Source: an uncultured delta proteobacterium (GTDB lineage: Bacteria > Myxococcota_A > Polyangia > Polyangiales > Polyangiaceae). From it: a stretch of DNA of 64,000 bases. Of the stretch, positions 57,095-64,000 are shown one piece after another. The notes under the pieces were generated by a model, which was given only the letters and a program-made list of their open reading frames with translations, ran no database searches and was not told where the DNA came from. Position numbers and translations under genes: made by a program. The DNA lies in assembly GCA_963850305.1 (NCBI GenBank), contig CAWKKR010000005.1:224001-288000 (forward strand), written 5' to 3'. The first letter of the stretch is position 1. The number at the start of each line of letters is the position of its first letter.

Positions 57095-57199
57095 TTGGCT
57101 GAGTCAACAACGTGCTGTTGAAGTTGCGCGAATCGTCGTCGATACTCGCGGGTGCGCCGCTTTCGGGATCCGATCCCGATGGCAAGCTGGACGAGCCCC

Positions 57200-58311
57200 G
57201 TGACCGCGCGAGTGCCCTACGTGAATCTCGGTGCGGCGCATCGTCCGCTGCGAGCCGAGCTCCTGCGCGCCGTGGAGCGCGTGATCGATGCGTCGGCCTT
57301 CGTGCTCGGCGCTGAAGTCGAAGCGTTCGAGCACGCGGCGGCCACGTTCGTCGGCGCGAAGCACGCGGTCGGGGTCTCGAGCGGGACGGACGCGCTTCTG
57401 GTTGCGCTGACGGCACTCGGCGTCGGGCCCGGAGACGAGGTGCTGACGACGCCGTTCACGTTCTTCGCGACGGTGGAAGGGATCCTCCGGCTCGGGGCGA
57501 CTCCGCGTTTCGTGGACGTCGAGCTCGAAACGCTGAATATGGACGCCGGTCGAGCCATCGACGCGCTTTCCGGACACCCGCGAGCGATCCTTCCCGTTCA
57601 TCTCTACGGCTCTCCGGTGCGGCTCGGGCGGCTCGCCGAAACGGCGCGCGCCGCAGGGGTGCCGATCGTCGAAGATGCGGCTCAAAGCTTCGGCTCGTCC
57701 GATGGGGGGCGCGCCGCCGGCACGCGGGGGACGCTCGGCTGTTTCAGTTTCTTTCCCACGAAGGTACTCGGAGCGCTCGGCGATGGCGGGCTCATCGTGA
57801 CGGATGACGCGAAGCCTGAGCGCGCGTTGCCGCAGTCTCCGCCAGCACGGCAGTGAACGCCGCGGCAGTCACGCCGAGGCAGGCGGTAACTTCCGTCTCG
57901 ATGCGCTCCAGGCCGCAGCGCTCGTCGGTGAAGCTCCGACACGTGCGCACCTGGATTGCAGCGCGCCGCGCGCATGGAGCAGCGTACGACGACGCGTTTC
58001 GTAGCGTCGACGGTCTCGCGCTCGTCGATCGGAGCGAAGGGTGGAACGGCGCGATCTACACGGTGCGCGTCCTGGAAGGTCGTCGCGAGGCGCTTCGCGC
58101 GCATCTGCGCGAAGCAGGCGTGGAGACCGCGGTGTATTACGAGACGCCTCTCCACCGGCAGCCGGCACTGTCACATCTGAAGCTCGCGCCGGGGGCGTTC
58201 CCGAACAGCGAGCTTGCAGCAGCGGAGGTGCTCTCGTTGCCGATTTTTCCGGAGCTCACCGTCGAGCAGCGCGAGCATGTCGTCGCCGCCGTCCTCGCAT
58301 TTTTCCGATGA
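57200..58311 (+). CDS. DegT/DnrJ/EryC1/StrS aminotransferase (WbpE-like); frameshifts near 57815 and 57925
   Basis: SSGTDAL, TFFAT, PVHLYG, EDAAQSFG, SFFPTKVLGALGDGG, NFRLDALQAA and LSLPIFP. Confidence 0.92.
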
Positions 58312-58324
58312 GCCCCCGCAGCGC

Positions 58325-59302
58325 TCACTTCGGCTTCACGACTCTCCGGTACCACTCCCAGAATCGCTCCACGCCGTCTCTCACCGAAACGTTCGGGTGG
58401 TAGCCGAGCAGGCGCCGTGCCTTGGAAATGTCGGCGTAGGTGTACTTCACGTCAGCGGCCATCATGGGCTCGTCGACGAGCCTCGCCTTGGCGCCGGCGA
58501 GTTCTTCAATCCACCCGACGAAGTCCTTGAGCAGTACCGGCTCGCCGCGTCCCAGGTTGATGACTTCATAGCCGAGTCGGACGTCCGAGGCGGCGACGAT
58601 CCCCGCGACGATGTCGGTCACGAAGGTCCAGTCGCGATGCATGTTGCCGCCGTTGTAGAGCGGCACTTCGCGGCCCACGAAGATGCTGTCGAGGACCTTG
58701 TACGCCATCATGTCCGGGCGCCCGCGCGGGCCGTAAACGGTGAAGAACCGGAGCGCGGTGAAGTCGACCTTGTGCAGGTGATGGTACGAAAAACCGAGGA
58801 GCTCAGCCGATCGCTTGCTCGCGGGATACGGCGCGAGCGGCCTGTCGGCAGGATCCGTCTCGACGAAGGGAACCGCGTCGGTGTTCCCGTAAGCGGACGA
58901 AGTCGATGCGAGGACGAAATTCGGATTTCCGTGCCGCAGCGACGCGTCGAGGAGGTTCAACGTGCCGGTCAGATTCACGTCGTAATAGAGCCAGGGATCT
59001 TCGACCGAGATCCGCACTCCCGCCATCGCGGCGAGATTGATGACGGCATCGAATCGGTGCGTCGAGAACAGGCGATCGAGCAGGGCGCGATCGCGGATAT
59101 CGCCCTCGACGAACTCGTATGCTGACGGGTCTCGAGCGCCGTCACGGACTTCGGCGACGTTCGCGCGCTTCCGGGCCGGGTCGTAATAGTCGTTGAGGTT
59201 ATCGAGCCCGACGACGCGGTCCCCGCGGGCGAGCAGGGCCTCGGCGGTGTGGCTGCCGATGAAGCCGGCGGCGCCCGTGACGAGAAGGGTCTTGTTTGCC
59301 AT
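58325..59302 (-). CDS. UDP-glucuronate 4-epimerase-like SDR
   Basis: VTGAAGFIG, DNLNDYYDP, LAAMAGVR and RFFTVYGPRGRPDM. Confidence 0.9.
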   Translation of the reverse strand: MANKTLLVTGAAGFIGSHTAEALLARGDRVVGLDNLNDYYDPARKRANVAEVRDGARDPSAYEFVEGDIRDRALLDRLFSTHRFDAVINLAAMAGVRISVEDPWLYYDVNLTGTLNLLDASLRHGNPNFVLASTSSAYGNTDAVPFVETDPADRPLAPYPASKRSAELLGFSYHHLHKVDFTALRFFTVYGPRGRPDMMAYKVLDSIFVGREVPLYNGGNMHRDWTFVTDIVAGIVAASDVRLGYEVINLGRGEPVLLKDFVGWIEELAGAKARLVDEPMMAADVKYTYADISKARRLLGYHPNVSVRDGVERFWEWYRRVVKPK

Positions 59303-59330
59303 GCAGGTGGCGTGGTTCTACTACACGCCG

Positions 59331-60254
59331 ATGCCGCTGTGCGCCGTGTCCGTGGATCTGGACGAGATCCCGAACTACTACGCCATCCACGGTCTCCCGG
59401 CGCCCATTGGACCGGGGGCGACGGCGGTTTACGACGTGGCGCTTGGACGCCTCGACGCATTCTCTCGCTCCCATGAAGTGCCGCTGACGCTCTTCGCGAT
59501 CGGCTCCGACCTCGACCGAGCCGAGAGCGCGACGGCGCTCCGGGCGTCCGCGGACGCCGGACACGAGATCGCGAATCACACCCTGGACCATCTGTACGAT
59601 CTGACGCGCAGAGAGGCGCACGAGATCCGGCGGCAAATAGAGGAGGGTGCGCGCGCCATCGAGCGGGCGACGGGGCGAAAGCCGGTCGGCTTTCGTGCGC
59701 CGGGGTACACCGTCACCGACGAGGTCTTCGACGTGCTGCGCGAGCTCGGCGTCGGCTACGGGTCTTCGGTGTTCCCCTGCCCGCCGTATTACCTCGCGAA
59801 GGCGGCGAAGATGGCCGGCATTCGACTTCAGGGTCGGCACTCGCGCTCGGTGCTCGATACGCCCGCGGTGCTGCTCGCGCCGACCCGACCGTATCGTGTG
59901 GGAAGGCCGTACTGGAAGCGCGGCGAGGGGATGCTCGAGCTCCCGGTCCAGGTCACGCGCGGCGCGCGGCTTCCGTTCATCGGGACAACGTTGACGATGG
60001 CGGGTCCGTCCCGCGCACGGTGGCTGACTCGACTCGTGACGGGCGAGCCACTGGTGAACCTGGAGCTCCACGGAATCGACGTCCTCGACGCGAACGACGG
60101 GTTTCCGGAGCTTCGCGGGCAGCAACCCGACGCGGCCATTCCGCACGCGCGGAAGCTCGAAGCGTTGTCGGCCGCCGTCGACACGCTGAAGCGCGCGGGT
60201 TACTCGTTCGTGACACTGACCGAGGCAGCTCACGCGTTCAGAGTGCTTTATTGA
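59331..60254 (+). CDS. Polysaccharide deacetylase (CE4/NodB-like)
   Basis: SVDLD, HEIANHTLDH and GFRAPGY. Confidence 0.9.
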   Translation: MPLCAVSVDLDEIPNYYAIHGLPAPIGPGATAVYDVALGRLDAFSRSHEVPLTLFAIGSDLDRAESATALRASADAGHEIANHTLDHLYDLTRREAHEIRRQIEEGARAIERATGRKPVGFRAPGYTVTDEVFDVLRELGVGYGSSVFPCPPYYLAKAAKMAGIRLQGRHSRSVLDTPAVLLAPTRPYRVGRPYWKRGEGMLELPVQVTRGARLPFIGTTLTMAGPSRARWLTRLVTGEPLVNLELHGIDVLDANDGFPELRGQQPDAAIPHARKLEALSAAVDTLKRAGYSFVTLTEAAHAFRVLY

Positions 60255-60290
60255 TTCGCGTCCGCGCGGCCTCGCGACGCACAGGTCGTT

Positions 60291-60434
60291 GTGCACCCGA
60301 CGGTAGTGGCCGGATTGTCGGTCCGTTTTTCGGAGGATGAGAGGCGCCTTCTGAACCGTGCCGCCACGAGCTGCGGCATGAAGCTCTCGGAATGGGCCAG
60401 GCGGATAATGCTCGCCACCGCCGAGGTGAAGTAG
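60291..60434 (+). CDS. Small ribbon-helix-helix protein (47 aa; antitoxin/MobC-like)
   Basis: Manual translation, below the ORF-track cutoff: ...LSVRFSEDERRLLNRAATSCGMKLSEWARRIML, a beta strand followed by two helices with a GxxLS turn. Confidence 0.65.
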   Translation: MHPTVVAGLSVRFSEDERRLLNRAATSCGMKLSEWARRIMLATAEVK

Positions 60435-60459
60435 CTATTTTTAAGCCCCGTAAGAGCGG

Positions 60460-60776
60460 TTGCCTGATACGGCACAGTCGGCTACTCGGAGTGCTGGGGC
60501 CGCTCTGCCATTCGGGATTCGATTTCCAGCGATTGAAGCTTCTCTCGTTCATCAAGAACGAGGTGAGATCGTCGGGCTTTTACGCGAAGCCGTCCCGGGC
60601 GATTTTGAGACGTGGGAGCGAACCTGGAAGCCGTAGGGCTGCACGCAAAAGACCAGGCGGTCGATTTTTACCGCGGCCGACTGACGGAATTTACTAGGGA
60701 ATCGACAGACGACGGGGATTGGATATACTTCGAAACCAGTCCGGCCGATGCGGCGAGACTGCTGGCGGGAGCATGA
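60460..60776 (+). pseudogene. Internally deleted GNAT acetyltransferase relic
   Basis: N-part ...EAVPGDFETWERTWKP joined out of frame at about 60633 to VGLHAKDQAVDFY...WIYFETSPADAARLL*. Its stop overlaps the next ATG (ATGA). Confidence 0.55.
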
Positions 60777-61081
60777 CCATGTTGACCAAAGAGAAGCTCG
60801 CCAAGATTTCTGCAATGGGAGTGGCCTGGGAGAACGAGCGCGGCGTCGCCCCCATGGCCAGCCGTCCGCCTACACGAACCCAGTCCACGAACGAGCGCGG
60901 CATGATTGCCACGAGCGCGTCCGTCACGCGAAGCTATTTGATCGACGACGTGAAGGGCTCTGACACGGAGGACATCGTCAAAGCCGTGGAGTTCGGTGTT
61001 CGTCGTTTTCAGGCAAGCCACGCGCCGCGCGTGATCCCCACTCCGCAACGGGATTCGAAGCGGGAGCGAGCCGTTGGCTAG
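60773..61081 (+). CDS. Hypothetical protein
   Basis: ATGA-coupled to the upstream relic and overlapping the next gene. Confidence 0.5.
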   Translation: MTMLTKEKLAKISAMGVAWENERGVAPMASRPPTRTQSTNERGMIATSASVTRSYLIDDVKGSDTEDIVKAVEFGVRRFQASHAPRVIPTPQRDSKRERAVG

Positions 61082-61535
61082 GCACATCTGGAGTGTCCTT
61101 TGCGAACGAATGCTCACGGACGACCAGACCAACAACGTGTGCTTGGTCGTCATGGAGCAGATAACTGCTCACATTCCTGATCAGGCCGTCGTCGCGGCAC
61201 CAAACGCGGCGATGCCCCTTATTTGGCGCGTGGTGACTCTTTGGGAGCGAGAGACCGAGACCGAGTCCTCCTTTCGCATCACGCTGATTATTCGAGCGCC
61301 AGATGGGGGGGAATTGCTCCGGGTCGAGAATACTGGGCAATTCAGCGATCCCGATAAACGCAGGCTTCGTAGCAGCGTGGTAGGCGATGGGTTTCCGTTG
61401 GCGGGATCGGGGCGGTACACCTTCAACATCGAAACAGGTCCCATCGACGACGCAATCATCGTCGCGAGCGTTCCCCTCGATTTGCGTCTCAGTTTCGGCG
61501 ACAGACTCGTTGGATCGCCGAGTTCATCTACTTAG
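61074..61535 (+). CDS. Hypothetical protein, DUF6941-like
   Basis: HIWSVLCERMLTDDQTNN...GRYTFNI, a beta-sandwich-like pattern. Family assigned from recall. Confidence 0.6.
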   Translation: MARHIWSVLCERMLTDDQTNNVCLVVMEQITAHIPDQAVVAAPNAAMPLIWRVVTLWERETETESSFRITLIIRAPDGGELLRVENTGQFSDPDKRRLRSSVVGDGFPLAGSGRYTFNIETGPIDDAIIVASVPLDLRLSFGDRLVGSPSSST

Positions 61536-61536
61536 T

Positions 61537-61855
61537 GCTCGCTACGCGCCCGCTCCCCGCCGCCTTCGGCGTGCTGGTGCTCGCAAGGGGGTCTTGACCC
61601 CCGCGGCTCGCTGCGCGCCCGCTCCCCCGCCGCCTTCGGCGTGCTGGTGCTCGCAAGGGGGTCTTGACCCCCGCGGCTCGCTGCGCGACCGCTCCCCCGC
61701 CGCCTTCGGCGTGCTGGTGCTCGCAAGGGGGTCTTGACCCCCGCGGCTCGCTACGCGCCCGCTCCCCCGCCGCCTTCGGCGTGCTGGTGCTCGCAAGGGG
61801 GTCTTGACCCCCGCGGCTCGCTACGCGCCCGCTCCCCCGCCGCCTTCGGCGTGCT
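61537..61855. repeat. 70-bp REP-like tandem repeat, about 4.5 copies
   Basis: cgccttcggcg recurs at 61561, 61631, 61701, 61771 and 61841. Each full unit has the hairpins cgcc-ttc-ggcg and gggggtc-tt-gaccccc. Confidence 0.95.
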
Positions 61856-61909
61856 CGCTCCGCTCGCGTAGTGCCGCGCTCCCCGGGGTTTTGGGGTGTC
61901 GCTTGCAAC

Positions 61910-62712
61910 CTATTTCCGTCGTTCCGCGAGGAGCCTTTCCGCGGCGATCCCGCTCGACGCCAGAAACTGATTGGCGAGATCGATTTTACCTTTCACGAGC
62001 TCGTCGGGGGTGCCCTCGCCGACGAGCTTGCCCTTGGCGAGAAGAAAATGTAATCCGCGATCTTGAGCGCGCTCGTCATGTCGTGGGAAATGACGACACT
62101 CGTGACGCCGAATCGTTCGCGTGTTTCGAGGATGAGTTCGTCCACCATGCGGCTCGTCAACGGATCGAGGCCGCTCGTGGGCTCGTCGTAGACGACGATC
62201 TGGGGGTCGAGCATCAACGCGCGCGCGAGAGCGACTCGCTTCCGCATGCCGCCGGAGAGCTGGCTCGGGAATTTCGCGCCGGTGCCTTCGAGCCCGAGCA
62301 GCTTCAGCTTCTCGAAGACGCGGTCGCGGATCTCGTTGTCGCGCAGCTTCGTGTGCTCGCGGAGCGGGAACGCGACGTTGTCGAGCACGTTCAGGGAGTC
62401 GAGGAGCGCGGCATACTGGAAGACCATTCCGAACTTTCGCCGGACCTCGTTCATCGCCCGATCCCCGAGCGGGACGATGTCGACGTCATCGACCAGGATC
62501 GACCCCGAAGACGGCTTGTCCAGACCGATGAGCAGGCGGAGCAGCGTCGTCTTGCCGGCGCCGGACCCGCCGATGACGACGACCACCTGCCCGCGGCCGA
62601 CGGTCAGATTGATGTCCGACAGTGCCACGAAGTCGCCGAACTCCTTCGTGACGTGACGGCAGACGAGATGTTCTTTCGGCGGAAAAGGCCGCTCGGCGAT
62701 GGGCGCTTCCAA
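61910..62712 (-). CDS. ABC transporter ATP-binding protein (MlaF/Mkl-like); frameshift near 62040
   Basis: GGSGAGKTT, MVFQYAALLDSL, LSGGMRKRVALARA, YDEPTSGLDP and ISHD. Confidence 0.92.
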
Positions 62713-62787
62713 CTTGCCGAGGATAACCGACCCGCGTCCGCGCGGACATGCCTTGACCCGGAGCGGCGGGCGAGACAAACCGCCGGC

Positions 62788-63066
62788 ATGACCGAGGAGC
62801 ACTTTTCCGCCGTCGTCGCGGCCGCCGAGGCCAAGAAGAACAACCAGGGCTGGTGGGCGACCACGGAAGGGCGATACATCACGCTGTACGCGTCCTCCGG
62901 CGGTTCGAGCCTCACGGTCAGTCGCGTGGAGGCTCTCCGTGTGGATGGAGAGCTGATCCGCGCCCGCAGCGTGCGGGGCGAGGAGTACATCCTCGCTCGC
63001 GAGGACGTGTTCGCGGGCGCCGTCGAGCCGCTGGCGCAGGGCGCGCGGCGCGCCGGTTTCGGATGA
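62788..63066 (+). CDS. Hypothetical protein (92 aa)
   Basis: Compact protein-like ORF ending RRAGFG; ATGA-coupled to the next gene. Confidence 0.7.
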   Translation: MTEEHFSAVVAAAEAKKNNQGWWATTEGRYITLYASSGGSSLTVSRVEALRVDGELIRARSVRGEEYILAREDVFAGAVEPLAQGARRAGFG

Positions 63067-63968
63067 AGGCACTCCTCGGAGCGATTGCAGCGCTCGTCGC
63101 CGTCGCTGTCGTCGTTCGCGGGAGACGCACGGGGCAAATCCTGGCGACGGTGCTGGGCTTCCTCGTCGGAGACGTCCTTCGTGTGCGTCGCGATCACGTC
63201 GAACGCGCGATGCGTCGGGCCGGGATCGACGACGCGTCGCGGACGGCACGCCGCATGTACCGTTCTCTCGGTCGTAGCATGGTCGAATTCGTCGCGATGT
63301 CGCTGAGGCCGGCCGATGCCGTCATCGACGTGAGAGTTCCGTCCGAGGTCATCGACGTGATCCGTCGGGACGGGCGCGGAGCCGTGATTGCGACGGCGCA
63401 TACCGGAAATTGGGACCTTGCCGCCTGCGCGATCGCGATGCACACGCCGCTGACGGTCGTCACGAAGCGACTCAGCGTGGGGCTCCTCGATCGATTCTGG
63501 CAGAAGGCGCGCCGGGCGCGCGGGGTGACGCTCGTCGGGGTTGGTGAGGCGGCTCGCGGGATCGCTCGAGCGGTCCGCCGGGGCGAGCTGGCCGCGATGC
63601 TGATCGATCAAGCGCCGGAGCGTGGGCGCGGCGTGAGCCGGACGAGGTTTCTCGAGGCCGATGCGTGGGTGGACCTGGCGCCGGCGCTGACGGCGCTTCG
63701 CGTCCGCGCGCCCCTCGTCGTCGCGTTTCCGCTTCGCGCTCCCGACGGTTCGCATCTCATCGAAGTGCGGGGCGTTTTCCAGCCGCCGTGCCGGGGTGGG
63801 CGGGTCTGGGCCATCGAGACCATGCGCGAGGCGACACGCTTGCTCGAGGTGTTCGTCCGGGAACATCCGGAGCAGTGGCTATGGATGCATCGGCGCTGGA
63901 AGGATGCCCCGGTTACCGATGGCTTGCCGTCCCGACGGGGCGGCCACCTTGCCGGCGTTTCCCCGTAA
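63063..63968 (+). CDS. Lipid A lauroyl/palmitoleoyl acyltransferase family (LpxL/HtrB-like)
   Basis: TAHTGNWD, LIDQ and HPEQWLWMHRRWK. Confidence 0.9.
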   Translation: MKALLGAIAALVAVAVVVRGRRTGQILATVLGFLVGDVLRVRRDHVERAMRRAGIDDASRTARRMYRSLGRSMVEFVAMSLRPADAVIDVRVPSEVIDVIRRDGRGAVIATAHTGNWDLAACAIAMHTPLTVVTKRLSVGLLDRFWQKARRARGVTLVGVGEAARGIARAVRRGELAAMLIDQAPERGRGVSRTRFLEADAWVDLAPALTALRVRAPLVVAFPLRAPDGSHLIEVRGVFQPPCRGGRVWAIETMREATRLLEVFVREHPEQWLWMHRRWKDAPVTDGLPSRRGGHLAGVSP

Positions 63969-64000
63969 GGCTATCTGGTCTCGATGTCGGCGGACGACTC

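Noticed and set aside
61537..61855. CRISPR array or repeat protein ORFs
   Set aside because: Units are near-identical end to end with no spacers; the ORFs across them are low-complexity artefacts.
1..64000. Numerous long Arg/Pro/Ala-rich overlapping ORFs; tRNA/rRNA genes; prophage or integrase
   Set aside because: The ORFs are shadow frames typical of high-GC DNA. No tRNA, rRNA, integrase or phage hallmark was recognised by eye.

Overview
High-GC bacterial DNA, most consistent with Myxococcota (Polyangiaceae-like): it has Hanks kinases, a DGDETGVDCGG Cys-rich lipoprotein and an O-antigen-ligase/TPR fusion. The taxonomy is inferred, not verified. 1-12.6 kb is core genome: truB, an acyltransferase/SDR pair, a GNAT, gatA-gatC, a pseudokinase-FHA plus Ser/Thr kinase, and rpsB-tsf. 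About 12.6-60.3 kb is one large surface-polysaccharide locus. It has Wzx, a Wzy-like protein, Wzc, a WecA-like transferase and several GT4s. It also has a CDP-sugar C-methylation pathway and WbpA/B/E-like enzymes, plus sulfation (cysC and a sulfotransferase), amidation (asnB), acylation (OafA, MBOAT) and methylation genes. The locus is littered with IS relics and internally deleted gene relics. It also carries an unexplained module: a palindromic 21-bp tandem array upstream of a hypothetical gene. 60.3-61.9 kb is a small island with an RHH gene, a deleted GNAT-toxin-like relic, two hypothetical genes and a 70-bp hairpin-rich tandem repeat. It is followed by an MlaF-like ABC ATPase and an LpxL-like acyltransferase. 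Many genes contain 1-bp frameshifts, probably long-read indel errors, so coordinates for those genes are joined across frames by eye.
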